Assembly: GCA_951406725.2 (NCBI GenBank)
Contig: OX597822.1
Location: 27,094,001-27,158,000, forward strand
From: Octopus vulgaris
Taxonomy: Eukaryota
Length of the DNA stretch: 64,000 nt
Direction of reading: 5' to 3'
Shown: positions 24,333-38,434 of the stretch, one piece after another
Position numbering within the stretch: position 1 is the stretch's first letter
Layout: every line of letters starts with the position of its first letter
Position numbers and translations under genes: made by a program
Notes under the pieces: generated by a model
Seen by the model: only the letters and a program-made list of their open reading frames with translations
What the model was told of the DNA's origin: nothing
The model's database searches: none

Positions 24333-25540
24333 TTACCTGAAAGATTGTCCAAAGCGAGAAAATCTATCTCCTTCTTTAATTTCTGGTGGTGGGACGTGAT
24401 TTGCTTGTTTGCACGCAATAAGCATCATTACATGCCTGATGGTCTTTCGTAAACCAGTTATCTTTTTCTCGGTCTTCAAAACCCATGACGGTACTTTCTT
24501 TGTTATTTCGGTTTTGTTTACTTTTTGAATATCATTCATGTTCTGTTTTACAGTAGTAGCCAAAGCATATAGACAGGCGTTAATCTGCCAATATGTGGGT
24601 TCATCACACTGTTGTAAATACTCATCACCAATTTCGTTAACAGCTTTTAATACTGTATCTGGTGGGTTTTTTTACTTACTTTGATAGAGAATACTTTCAC
24701 CTCGAGAGAGACCTTCAACGCCAAAGTTATTTTTCCTCGGAAATTTTCAGTAAGGGCACATTTCATAGGCATATAATCCTGACTATACTACTACTACAAT
24801 AATCGTTGCAGTTGTGTCTGCTGTTTACCATAGTCGTAGTACGGGGACAGTGGTCAGTTACTTGAGCCAGTAATGTAGTTTGGCGGGCAGGCACTAGAGA
24901 ATCTGTTGGAATGTCGCTAGCTGCGAAACCACGTAGTAGTCTTATATCATTCACGTTTTCGTTTTTGTTTATAGAGTTAGCAAGAAGGTTAATTTTCGAT
25001 TTCTTAATAAAGTTAGTTACTAACCTTCTATGTTCCACAAATGTTGCTCATTAGCGTAGTTGCTTCGCAGTAAAATGATTTAATTCTGGATGCAGATCGT
25101 CCCAATATGATTTCAATAATTTCATATATCCAACGGCAGGATTTTGTTTGGCTTTTTCGTAGCAGTTAAACAGATCATTATTCAATTCATAATACCAAGA
25201 GAAATAAGTTTTGTAGTTACAGTTTCTTCTATAACTACAGCTAGAAAGAATTTGTTTACTTGTTAAGCTGTTGTTTTCGTTCTCTTCCTCGATTGTGTTG
25301 CTGCTGATGTTGTGTCCAGCTATGTTGATTGTAGTAACTCTCTGCATGCTAAATTCAAGTTTCAGTCGAAAATCACTACGATCGTAAATAAAAGGCTCCC
25401 TCAGTTAATTCATCTGAAGATTAACCAGTTATTTAACAAGGCTGATAGTTGTGGCTCCAAAGTTGGAGATATTATTCATCGTATTTTCGATAAACAGCCT
25501 GCCACACCAAACACGCGACTTGTACCTTTGAATGTGTAAT
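24333..25540 (-). mobile_element. Decayed 5' part of an R4/Dong-like non-LTR retrotransposon ORF plus leader
   Basis: Peptides CYEKAKQNPAVGYMKLLKSYWDDLHPELNHFTAKQLR and VPSWVLKTEKKITGLRKTI resemble N-terminal regions of R4/Dong-clade ORFs (recalled, not searched). Stops and frameshifts present; no RT domain seen. Confidence 0.6.
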
Positions 25541-25552
25541 TTTTTGTATGTA

Positions 25553-25614
<62 letters not shown>

Positions 25615-26865
25615 CATACATACATACATGTACACATTCATATATATATACACGTACATAAATAGATTCATGCACAGATACATACCTAGATACACACATG
25701 CACACAAATATACGCATGCGTTTGTTAAACAAAAAATTGCGTATATTCATCTGAGTTTTTCGTTTATTTTAAATCTATAGACAAATATTTGAGAAATACA
25801 AACAACCTTTTTCGATATATAGTGTATACACTTTTTTATATGCGTATATAAAACTTGTAACTGTTTTTAGGAGAATATCTCTTCGTGCAATAAATGAATG
25901 CATTTTTGTAAAGTAATGTGAAAGAAATGGAATAGATTCTTACTACAAAAGATTCTGTCTTCTGTTAGATTACAATAGCCGGTATTACAGCATTTTGAAA
26001 GCAGAATGTAAATTTAGCCGAAGTTCGTACTAAATTCCTATTCAGCTACCGAGCCACATAATCAATTTATGAAGTAACAGAAATGGTGGAAAAGAAATCT
26101 GTGTAGGAAGTAAAAACTTCTAATGTTAAGAAATATTAAAATTATGTTTTTCCTCTCTCCATTTATTTTTGATAAAGCTTTGTGTCTGGAAAATAACGGA
26201 AAAGCTGCTACTTCCGGAATTTCTTTTATGGGTCTATTTTCCTGATTTCTTTTCTTTTCGTAGATTTCTGAGGGGAAATTTCGGCAAATCAAAGTCGTAA
26301 ATTCAATTCGCAACGAAACCAAAATTATTTAATATCCTTCCATACTCTCAGGGCGGTTAAAATACACATTAGTGTTATAGTGAGATTGTACATCCTCTTT
26401 GCAATATATTACTTTCAGTCAAGTAATTATTATCCATCTAAGCTATTAAACGTACGAAGTATCTTCAACATGTGAAATTCATACTAAATACGGCAAGGCT
26501 TTTTTTTATTTAAAGTTTTCTGCACATATAACTAATTGAGTTACTGTTGCGCTTAGGCGGATTTTCAGAACCAATATCACATTCGTTTATATTCATGTCA
26601 CTTTCTTTTTTCTAATTAAACTTTGTATTTTAGTAGCTCAGTTGGAAATATAGATGTTTCAATAAAGGCTTAAAATACGCTGTGTTATAGCAGTTACTGA
26701 AGCCGAAACAAGGATGGCTTTTACACTTTTTTGCTTTTTGTTTTGGTTTCAAAGTTGTACAAAAGCCTCAATGACAACATTAAATGTAAAATACAATTGT
26801 TATAGAGCAAGTAATTAATTTACAGTTTTGCTACAATTGTATAAAGAATACACACACATAAACAC

Positions 26866-26951
26866 ATGTATGTACATACATACTTACACACACACACACA
26901 TATTATATTATATACATATATATGTATGTACATAGATATATATGTATACTA

Positions 26952-27001
<50 letters not shown>

Positions 27002-27037
27002 TATATATATGTATATTTATATGTGTATATAAATATA

Positions 27038-27074
<37 letters not shown>

Positions 27075-27145
27075 TATATTATTTGATTGAACGCCACGCA
27101 TTCATTTGCAAGTAAGTATGTATATATATATATATATATATATAC

Positions 27146-27178
<33 letters not shown>

Positions 27179-27212
27179 TGTATGTATGTATGTATGTGTA
27201 TATGTATATATG

Positions 27213-27246
<34 letters not shown>

Positions 27247-27370
27247 TATGTGTATATATATATATATATGTGTATATATATATATATGTATATATGTGTA
27301 TATATGTATATATATATATTCATACAAACATACATGCATATATACTTGCATATATTTGCGTATGTATAGC
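26866..27370. repeat. Compound (TA)n/(TATG)n microsatellite field
   Basis: Directly visible. Similar fields at 11228-11500, 15400-15800, 30150-30740 and 31840-32025. Confidence 0.95.
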
Positions 27371-28416
27371 CTAAGTTGTGCACATACAGAAAGGACACAT
27401 CGAAAAAGAAGTTAAAATACAACTGAGTAGCAGATCTAACTCTGGTGGTACCCTAATATATTTGACAACACTTATTATATTTTGAAATAGCTCAGCATTG
27501 TATTTGGTGTCGATAATTTCATTCCTATTTTCATTAAGATTATTACCAGCAGCTGCATTACAGCATTAATTTTGAAGCGATATGCTTTTGATATATATTA
27601 TTAAAAGATTTTTGTTTTCATTTTATCATTACTTTTGAATGCCAGTATTTATTACCATAGCATTGCTGAAGATATAATCATCTGCATCTGAAGTGAAGTA
27701 CCCTGCAGCACAATATAAGTTAGATTGCTTAGTACCTTAATGCCTTTGTCGAGTTTGGAATTTTTTTCTATACACAAGTTGCGGAAAACTTGTAGCATTA
27801 TTGATAATACCTTTGAAGTGAAACGAAATAACATATAGGTTCCTCTCGGCAAATTGAGTAGGTTTCACTTTGTTGAAGCTACAAATGTTTCGTTAAAATC
27901 ATGAACACAGCATTTTTTTATTTTGCAACTCCTGTGACTCGACAGAATACAATCTCTAAATTAATGACCGAAATAATGTATGATAATTGAATTTTGGGTA
28001 GATATTTCATGAACGTCAAGTCAACTACGTCAAAAAGTCGATTCATTACCTCCGAAACAACATGGCATGTATGATCGAACACTGACGTTTTCGAGAAATG
28101 AGACATGGTAGGGAAAGCATTTGGAAACCAGAATAGGTTAATGGAAGTTAAAGAGGGTAGCAAACGTTTCCACTTCGAATACTTCCTGGCAGTTTCATAG
28201 GCAGCTAATATATTCCTATGACTCGTATCTATAGAACAAAGCAGTATTTAGATATAATGATAGCAAAGATGAGAGAGAAAGCCACAGAACCAGACTAAAT
28301 GGTTTACTGTATTTTGATTTCAAATGTAGATTTATCGAACTTTGTTTTTCATCATTGTGGGATGAGCCATTTCAATCGATATTTTCTTTGTCTCTCTCCA
28401 TTCTGTCCGTCCATCC

Positions 28417-28551
<135 letters not shown>

Positions 28552-28633
28552 TGCATACATACATACATCTTTCTCTTTCTCTCGCTCTTCATATGCATGC
28601 ATACATACATACCGCTTTCTCTCTCTCTCTCTC

Positions 28634-28684
<51 letters not shown>

Positions 28685-29734
28685 ATAGATAGACAGATAA
28701 ATTGATAGAGATATACACACAAATACATATATATAAATACATATTTGTAAACACACACAATACATATATATAAATACATATTTGTAAACACACACACACA
28801 TATATATACATATATACAGACATTCATCTAGCTATCGATATACACATATGTGTGTGTGTGTGTGTGTGTGTATGTAAGATGAAGCTCGTGAATTTGTACA
28901 AATTTGTGTGCCCTGGGGAGAAGTGGACCTTACGGTTCAGTAGATTTGAGCTCATGTGAAAGAAACACTAATGTTTACCAAACAAACAAGATGTGGAAAG
29001 ATAATGCTTTGATCTATTAACATCAACATTAGATACGAAGCATCTATACAATGTTTTGAACGGTTTGCTCTCCATTCATCATCACTTATCCAAAAACCAT
29101 TCCAATATATTGAAATACAGTGTAGGCGTAATTTCCAAAGTAATGTTTCGTGACCAGAAACGAAGTTAACATTCCGAAAAATTTGTAATCTTATTAAGAA
29201 CTCATGCCAGATATTTAGCCATTTAATATACAGTTAATAATGCAGAAACGAAAGTAAGAAAGCGTCAAAGAATAAACAAAGAATGAAGGAAAACCCTACA
29301 TTTTGTTTACCTTATTCTTATGTCTTTTTGCTTAGAATGATCTAAAATAAAACAATTACTATTATAAAGACCAAGTACTCTGCAAGGAATAAATACACTA
29401 AGAGATATCTTAGTTGGTTACATAATTCAGTCAAAAGTGTTGAACATACTACATTGCCAAAAATATAATCTGCGGCATAGCACAGCTAAGTACCCAGTAA
29501 ATACTTAACGTTTAGTTACGATATTCAGAGCTGCAACATTGGTCTACAAAATCCTTTTTGCTATAGGCACAAAGCCTGAAATTTAGGGGAGTGTAGAAGT
29601 CGATTATATCGACCTCACTGCTCAACTGGTACTTATTTCATCGACCCCGAGAGGATGAAAGGCAAAGTCAAACTCTTGAATCTGAACCCTGAAGCTAAAG
29701 ACAGACGAAATGTAGCTAAGAAGGTAATGGCGAA

Positions 29735-29897
29735 AATCTGCTGACTCTTTCGCCACAACTTTCACTCTTTCCTCCTGCATCTTGCAGCTCACCTGCGACG
29801 GACCGGCGTCCCATCCAGGTGGGAAACCTATTCGCCAAGGAAACCGGGAAACCGGCCCTATGAGACAGGTGTGGCTCGAGAAGGAACAAACAAACAA
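29735..29897 (+). mobile_element. 3' part of a SINE (probably family C) with (AAAC)n tail
   Basis: cctgcgacggaccggcgtcccatccagg resembles the conserved block of V-SINE-type elements. Overlaps in sequence with 19955-19990. Tail aacaaacaaacaac. Confidence 0.6.
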
Positions 29898-30159
29898 CTA
29901 AACAATCTGAAAGAGACAGCAATAAATATCAACTTCACATTACAGCGAAGACAAGGAGAGATTGTAGTCTATGTAAGTTGGTGATAGATTCTGGAACGTT
30001 ACCGTTTCAAACGAACTTCTAGGAACACACAAAAATATGACAGAAAAAGACCCTTCATGGAAAAAACAAACAAAAATATAAATCACAATACAATGTCGTC
30101 TATAAAATGGCTAAGAGAAAAGCTGTATATCATATATAAAAACAGGCACGCATACATAC

Positions 30160-30196
<37 letters not shown>

Positions 30197-30551
30197 TGTA
30201 TGTATATATTATATACATATGCATATACATACATATCCAAATATAGATACATATATATGTATATATGTATACATATATACATACATATGCAAATATAGAT
30301 GCATATATATGTATATATGTATGCATATATATACATATAGATACATATATACATACGTATATATATATATATATATATATGTGTACGTGTATATGTATAA
30401 ATATATATTTGTGTGTACGTGTATGTGTGTGTATGAGATTGTGTGTGTCTGGGTGAATGTATACACAAGCAGACGCACACACACACATGCATATATGTAT
30501 ATTGTTTAACAATTTTGAAATTTTCCTTCACCTTATCCGACTAAATGACAA

Positions 30552-30596
<45 letters not shown>

Positions 30597-30632
30597 CATG
30601 TGCATAAACATACATACACACACAGACACTCT

Positions 30633-30664
<32 letters not shown>

Positions 30665-30670
30665 TGTATG

Positions 30671-30703
<33 letters not shown>

Positions 30704-31138
30704 ATACATATACATGTGTGTGTGTGTGTGTACATATAAAACAATAATGATGGTCATGATGATGATAATAATGATGATGTTGATGATATAGTAACATGTT
30801 TTGAATGCTGTAAACTTTGACCTTATCATCCATTGATATTTGCATCGATATGTCTTGAACTATCGCTTGAAAACTATCTCATTAATAATATATTGCACCT
30901 AAGATTTTTTTTCTTCCAGTGTGAACTCTAATATATGTATGATGATAATTTTACATATTTTTTTATCAAATATTTTCTATGGGATATAATTGAGGAAGTT
31001 GTTTCGCTATCACGTTTGCTTTTACGTAACGAGGATCCTAGAAGCCATGACTACGACTATATTGTTTATACTTTACTAACTACGCTCCGAGTAGAAAGCA
31101 ATATCTCTCCCAAAAATTTAAAGGAAATTTCTGATTTG

Positions 31139-31195
<57 letters not shown>

Positions 31196-31304
31196 CATAC
31201 ATACATATACATATATATACATATATATATATAATATATTTATATATATATGCATATATATATATATTATTTATATCATATACATACATATATGTATGTT
31301 TTTA

Positions 31305-31505
31305 TGTGTGTGTGTCTGTGTTTGTCCCTCCACCATCGCTAGAGAGTCGATTCTGGTGAGTTTATGTCCTGTAACGTAGCAGTTCGGCGAAAGGACCCGA
31401 TATAATAAATACTAGGCTTACAAAGAATAAGTCCTGAGTTCCATTTCTTCGAGTAAAACCCTTTAAGGTGGTGCTCCAGCATGACCACAGAGAAATGACT
31501 GAAAC
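31305..31505 (+). mobile_element. SINE family B 3' module
   Basis: Matches 2500-2702. Confidence 0.8.
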
Positions 31506-31543
31506 TAACGAAAGAATAAAAGAATATGTGTGTATATATATAT

Positions 31544-31588
<45 letters not shown>

Positions 31589-31971
31589 CGAAACAAAGAA
31601 ACATGTATGCGACCAACTACAAGCAAATAACGAACTGCATTATAATCAAACCAAGGGAAACCAAGTTTATTGAGCGAGAGGAATTTTGAGACCACCTGAT
31701 TAGACACATCTGCACCGAAGTATGTACTACAACCGGTTGTCCATAACCTCGACTGCGAGAAGATGATGCCTGATGGGTCGAACCGATCGTTGTGATTAAT
31801 AAAGAACCTCAAAAATTACATTTTCTTTTCTTGTTATAGATATATGTATGTGTGTACACACATGTACATATACATATATATATGCATACATATATACATA
31901 TATATATACATACATATACATGCATATATATACATACATATACCTACATAGCATACACATGAATATATATA

Positions 31972-32026
<55 letters not shown>

Positions 32027-32181
32027 GCGAGTGTGTATGATTGCGTATAGGATGAATATATAACTCAAAGAAATTCCAACCTTGATTTTCACGTTTTATT
32101 TACAATCTTATAATAATATAATATGATATAATATAATATAATATAATTATATGATATAATATCAAATGTTCATTCTGATTG

Positions 32182-32222
32182 AAGTAGTACTTTCATGCAT
32201 TAAACTATGCAATCTTCAGGTT
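32182..32222 (-). ncRNA. Minimal hammerhead core, minus-strand copy
   Basis: Minus strand reads aac CUGAAGA ttgcat agttta atgcat GAAA gtac UA cttc. The first stem I pair is mismatched in this copy. Confidence 0.55.
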
Positions 32223-32296
32223 AATGTAAAAGTGGTGACAGGTTTTACAAATTACATTTGTAAAATGTAAAACATAACTGTCACCGCTACTATATA

Positions 32297-32337
32297 AACC
32301 TGAAGATTGCATAGTTTAATGCATGAAAGTACTAGTT
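32297..32337 (+). ncRNA. Minimal type-I hammerhead ribozyme
   Basis: Stem I aac/gtt, CUGAAGA at 32300-32306, stem II tgcat/atgca, GAAA at 32325-32328, palindromic loopless stem III gtac, CUA triplet. Confidence 0.7.
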
Positions 32338-32574
32338 CAATCAGAATGAACATTTGATATTCTATCATTTCAGTAGATTATATTTATAATATTATATCAT
32401 ATTATAAAATTGTACATAAAACGCGAAAATCAAAGTTGAAATTTCCTCGACTTAGGAAAGAAAACTCCGAGTGACCCATCCTTGTTTTCTTTGTATCGTC
32501 TGTCTGGATGATTTGTTGTCCCTTTTTTGTATCACCTAACTGTCTGGATGTTTTGCGTTCTTGTCTCATTTTTG

Positions 32575-32636
<62 letters not shown>

Positions 32637-33044
32637 ATATATTTTTTTGTGTCTGTATATGTATGCATACATATCTACATAAACACACACACACATACAT
32701 AAACACACATACATACATACATACATACATAAATACATACATACATACATACACAAACACATTGGTAATATGCTAATTTATTTGAATAATCAATGTCTAC
32801 GCTGTAAGGGAACTATATATTAAATTACGACGGTTGCTTGAGCGCCATTATCTGCACAAATTACATTACAAAGATATAATTAAAGTCTGTCTCGAGCCTA
32901 CAGACATAATACGCTGAAGCTTAGTATGGTTTCCGATTCGTTTAAGAGACTACGAATGCAAGATTTCTCCACCGAATTAAACACCAGTCCACCACAGGAT
33001 CAACCTTCCTGGTAACGCTGGGTGGACTGGATAAAACTCACATA

Positions 33045-33329
33045 CGCAGGAGTCCGGCTATGTAGTAAGAAGTCTGTTTTTCAGGTACGTAGTTGCGGGT
33101 TCGGTCCCACTGTGTGGGCATCTTGGTAGAGTGTCTGTTATTATAGCCCCGTGCCGACCGAAGCCTTGTAAATGGATTTGGAAGACGGGAACGAAAGAAG
33201 CCAGTCACATGCATACATACATACATACATACATACATACATACATACATACATACATACATACATACATACATACATACATACATACATACATACATAC
33301 ATACATACATACATACATACATACATACA

Positions 33330-33360
<31 letters not shown>

Positions 33361-33778
33361 TACAGTAGTATCAGCGCCAAGCATTATTTAGACATAAGCG
33401 AGCCTTAGTTTAGTTAAAATATGTTTTGCCTTCAGAAGATGAAATATGTTATAAGCATAGTTTAACTAAACTAAAGTTCGCGCGCGCATACCCCACCCCC
33501 AGACACACACATACACACACACATGTCTGTGCACATGTATAGGTATATTAAATCTATATTATGTGTGTGTGCGTGTTTCTATATGTGTATTTGTTCTATG
33601 CCACCGCTTGATAACCGGTGCTCGTTCGTTTTCGCTCATGCAAAGTAGCGGTTCGTTAATAGTTATTGATATAAGTACTGGGCTTATTCCAGTAGATAAG
33701 TTCCAGTAAATCCTTCCAGGCAGTGTCGCATCATGCCGTTCTCCAATGACTGACACAAGTGAAAGAGAAAGAATAGAA
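33045..33778 (+). mobile_element. SINE family B split by an expanded internal repeat
   Basis: Head and body at 33045-33207, pure (CATA)n at about 33211-33358, a short inverted repeat at about 33399-33482, and a decayed 3' module at about 33560-33778. Confidence 0.65.
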
Positions 33779-34535
33779 GGTACGCTCACACTTGAACATA
33801 TCAAATACTTAAATATCATAGTTACATACGTAACTTCGAAATAGGGAATTCATCATTAGAAATAGGAAAGAGAGATCGGCAGAGAAAAGAAAAATGATGT
33901 GTACATAGTTTGTATAACATGACAAAATGATGAAATAATAAAGAAAATGGAGTGATAGATGTATAAATACATAGAACAGTACTCTAAAAGCTCATAATAG
34001 TTCAGTAAAAACCCAGCAACTTAGGGCTGTTGGCACAGTGCAACCTTTAAAGGTTGTCAAAACAAGCTGTTTTCCCTATTTCATTCATGCCAAATCGATT
34101 AAAATAACTTAGTACAATTCTACAGGAATAAATCTAACGAGCAATTATTAAGAATACTCTGGCAACCTTGTGTATCTCTGACCTTTTAAACACGGTTATC
34201 CAACTGTTAGTCTTGTTGTTTGCCCCAGGTCATCCTTGATCAAGGACATTGGTGATTAATACGTTTCATTCGTAACCATTCAGATTTTTATGCGAACAAT
34301 GCGTCGACAACTACATTGTTCAATCTCATCTTTTTTCTTAAAAAAAAAGCAACGGGAGAAAAAGATTGTAAGGTATGTTTTGAAGGAAACTTGGCAGCCA
34401 TTTCATCAAGGACCATGTAAAAGCTATCACGTTGTTCTAAATGTGCGACATTATGCTGGGTATTAATTCTCGATGTACGTACATACATACATGCAGATAT
34501 ATACGGACGCGCACACAAACACATGTATTATATAA

Positions 34536-34570
<35 letters not shown>

Positions 34571-34852
34571 CCATAAGGAGCACTCCGTCGGTTACGACGA
34601 CAAGGGTCCCAGCTGGTACGACCAACGGAACAGCTTGCTCGTGAAATTAACATGCAAGTGGCTGAGCACTCCACAGACACGTGTACCCTTAACGTAGTTC
34701 TCAGGGAGATTCAGCGTGATACAGATTGTGACAAGGCTGGTCCTTTGAAATACAGATGCTACTCATTTTTGCCAGCTGAGTGGACTAGAACAACCTGAAA
34801 TAAATTGTCTTACTCAAGGACACAACACGTCTCCGGGGATTGAACTCACGAC
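34571..34852 (-). mobile_element. tRNA-derived SINE (family D) with its head cut off by the adjacent hAT element
   Basis: Minus strand: gtgAGTTCAATCCccgg B box, gtgttgtgtccttgagtaagaca, gtccactcagctggcaaaaatgagtag. A related decayed copy lies at about 50470-50715. Confidence 0.7.
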
Positions 34853-37090
34853 TAGGGTTGCTACTCATCATATAAGGACACACAGGTCATTTGCTGCAAA
34901 AAACCCAGATCCTATTTTATAAATCCAGATGTTAGAAAACATATAATTAGTAACTTAATGATAAAATATGTTATATGACAAAATGAATACAGAATTTAAT
35001 ACTTACTTTATATCATAGGGCAGTTAATTGTCAATTTCGTACACATCCACATCGTCTTCTTACACCCCTCCCTTTTTGAAGTTCAATCTACTCGTATATC
35101 TACGGTGACAAGACCCATTCACTACATCTTTAACAAGTTTAGCATTCGGCTCTAAAGAAATGTATGACACTTCCTTTCTTGTTTAGCGAGAGATGATCGG
35201 TGATCATTTCGGCCTTCAACCTGTTAGTGAACTTTTTGCAACTTACTTGGGAGAATATGCGATCCACGCACGCTGACGAATGAGGCAACACCGTTAAATT
35301 GTGACAGCTTCTCAAATTCAGAGTGGTCAAGCCCGTCTTTAAGATTGCGAATGGAATACCAGAATTCAGGGATGATTTTTGAGGAAACAGAAATATCTTT
35401 ATATCGCCGAAATAATCTCCACGCATCATCTAGTTCATCACTTGTGTTTTCTGGTACAATTGCTGGAAAGTTTGATGCCAAAAGAATTATCGACTGAGGA
35501 GAATTAGTGAGATCGCGCGCTACTCTTGAATCAAGTGTTTCTAAGAGGGCAAACACTCCAGCTTCATCGAGGTGAAAGCGCATTTTTATTTGAGAGCATA
35601 ATTCTATTAAAATTTTTTGCAATCAGTTTTGAATCTAGCTGAGTCACTAACGATGGGGTTTTGATCTAGATATCTCTTTGCGCGTCCATCGAGGTAAATA
35701 TCACTCATATCTTTGTGATTTGTTGTGTTATTAAGATCAACATCTGATAATTTAGATACAGCTAAAACATCCTCTTTCATAAAACAACAAAGGATATTTT
35801 TATATTCACTGGATACGAGTGTATGCAACAGATGCAATCGAAAGTGTTCCGATTAAAACTCGACATTAAGAGCATTTACTTTCTTTAATATATAATGTAA
35901 GAAGAGCAGCATATGCTTCGTCCCTTTGTTAATCCTTGTTTTTTAGATCCATTTTGCTCCGTCCACGTTTTCTACTTTAGCCTCAGACTGAAAATTAAGT
36001 TCAAGGGCATCCCACTGTTCTATTATAACGTTAATTACATTTTCACACGACAATCATCTAGGTGGTTTTGTGCCAACAACACTTTGTATCATATTGGTCA
36101 TTTTGACGTTCGCCACAAGGCTGAAGTCCTTTAAAAAGGACTCGAGATACGAAGGTTACACCTTCACTGCATGATTTGAACAAATGGCAAAAGTAGCCTA
36201 TTGTAAATACAGTCGGAATATCGTTTCAATAACTTTTGAAAACCCGCTGTTGTTACTCATCAATGTTGAGTAATTATCGCTGGCAAATCAAAGTATGTTG
36301 CTCATAGATACATCTTCTTTTGTAAGCGTAGTCTTGACAGCATCGTGCAAACCCTGAGTCGAACCATTTTCTATTACAATTGCATCCAGAAGAGCATCCT
36401 TGACATTAATTGATTGTTCATCAAAAAAGCGAACAACTGTTGCTAAGATTTGTGTCATCGAGATGTCCGTACTCTCATCTGTTAATACAGAAAACTTTTG
36501 TTTCTTGAGAATTTCAAGATTTCATTTCGTTCATAATGTGCAATTCCGTCTTGCATAATGTAAGTTAATTTTATTGTTTTCATTTGTAGAATTTTAGCTA
36601 TTTCACTATCAGGAAATTTCAGCTAAGTGATTTATATGTATGAAAGGTATGTGATGTTCAGCAATACAACCTGTTAGTAGCAAGTCTGCCTTAGCTATTT
36701 ATTCATTTAATGAGTAATCTGTTTTTTTTTAACAATAAATGATTCTAATTTAATAGCAGATTTCGCACAATCAAAAGCTTTCTTGTGTTTGGCAGTGTTT
36801 TTATGAGCTAACAGCTTTGATTTGTAAGCATTTTTCAACACAACGTTGGAATATACGTAGTAGCAGGTGTCAGGATTTTTATCATCTTTCCGTAACCAAT
36901 CTTTAAGCTCAGCATCAACCAACCACGACTTCTTGAAATTTTGGGTGTACCACTTCCTCTTTTTGGACACACTATTGTCTGCCATTACTTCGCAAAGGGT
37001 TACAAAACAAAAACACTCACTCAAAATGTCGTTAAACAAATCTTAAATCGCGAGTAACAAGCGAAGCGTACACCATCAACACAGACAAGC
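34853..37090 (-). mobile_element. Decayed autonomous-type hAT DNA transposon
   Basis: One terminus tagggttgcta at 34853, of the TAGGGTTGCC TIR type, plus a transposase pseudogene. The other TIR was not found, so the right boundary is approximate. Confidence 0.8.
35139..36985 (-). pseudogene. hAT transposase pseudogene (zinc-finger N-terminus, DDE core, hATC dimerisation domain)
   Basis: N-terminus YTQNFKKSWL..LKDWL..C....H..TAKH. Core FSVLTDESTDIS...VVRFFD...NIL*FASDN, translated by hand at about 36500-36270. C-terminus FWYSIRNLKDG and LPHSSACVDRIFS. Multiple stops and frameshifts. Confidence 0.9.
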
Positions 37091-37828
37091 TGTCAACTAT
37101 TCAGTTTTATTCGAAGGTTTCTTTTCAATTGAGAAAGAGCCGGGTTCTAACCTAAAACGAAGGCCCCTATATTGGAATTTGAACAATATCAACAGGATAA
37201 TTTTGTTTGTATGTATGTATAGATTTGTATATTTTATTTTATGCAAGTATTCTCATGCTTATAGTTGTATGTTTAGACATGCTCCTAAATACTTAAATGA
37301 TAAAGTTCTGGAAAGTTTTATGCATGAATGAATGAATGAATGTATGTATATATGTATGTATGTACGTACGTATATATGCATGCATACATTTATGTATGTA
37401 CGTACGTATGTATGCATGCATATATCTATGTATGTATCTATGGCTGTGTGTATGTATCATGGCTGTGTGTTAAGATGTTTGTTTCCCATGCATATGTGGT
37501 TGGGAAAGCTGTAGGGAAGGCAGTTATTCTAGCAGAAAGACGTTCTGGTGTAAAATTGCTGTCAAAATGGTACCAGTAACCATGCAATGCTAGTCATATT
37601 GGAACCAACTACGATGACCGAGAGATTTTCAAAAGCATTCTACAAGTTGTTGTCACTCAAATCCAATGATGTACGAATGTCTCTCTATCATTTCATTCCT
37701 TGTTCCATTGTGTATTTCATAAAGTCGCAATGGATGACGATGGATATCCGTGCGTAGGCAAGAATGAAAGTAAACCAAAATAGTCAGGCGGAATGTGAGA
37801 CGTCTATCATCTGACAAGGGTCGGTAGT

Positions 37829-37890
<62 letters not shown>

Positions 37891-38434
37891 ATCTTACTCC
37901 ATTGGTGAACACATATTTATGCATGTATATGTATGAAAGCATTGATGCAGAGTGAAGGAGACAGAAAGACATAAGAGAAAGAAGAGGAACTTGCAGTTAT
38001 CTGAGGAGGTTGAAATTAGTGCAATATATTGTAAATTGTGTGTTGATCTGGACTTCTACATTTTGTCTAAAGTCTTATACAACTGGTGTAGTTCAATAAA
38101 ACAATAAAACAATAAGAGTATACTAAATGCTATACAAGATAAAAATCTTCATTTATTGGAAAGTAATTACTCCCGGAGATGGTTCACCACACACAATTGC
38201 ACGCGCTCACATTCCCATACACACGTACCAATCGTGCATGCGAATGCACGCTTTGCTAGGAAATATTTCGAAAGTGTTTTCTACTTTACATTTCCAGATT
38301 TTCGTCTGCACCCATTTACTTTGCTGAGTCTACATAGTATCTTGATTATTTATATCATGCAAGCGTATACAATAAAAGCAACCATCACCTAAGGCATTAA
38401 ACAACTGACAAAGACCATTATTCATTCTAACTAC

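Larger units (their letters stand above)
32060..32580. mobile_element. Penelope-like fold-back element with two inverted hammerhead cores
   Basis: About 32065-32242 is an imperfect reverse complement of about 32277-32450. The plus copy continues into a T-rich tail to 32580, followed by (AC)n. Confidence 0.75.

Noticed and set aside
27431-27443. Match to the start of miR-750 (cagatctaactct)
   Set aside because: Only 13 nt match my recollection of the mature sequence, the 3' part differs, and I see no precursor hairpin.
31600-31810. Penelope-like 3' remnant with a hammerhead
   Set aside because: Context is suggestive (between TA tracts, aataaa, gaagatga...cgaac) but the core nucleotides are not intact, so it was not called.
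35139-37039. Domesticated ZNF862/ZBED-like gene
   Set aside because: In-frame stops, frameshifts, degraded zinc ligands and a retained TIR indicate a dead transposon.
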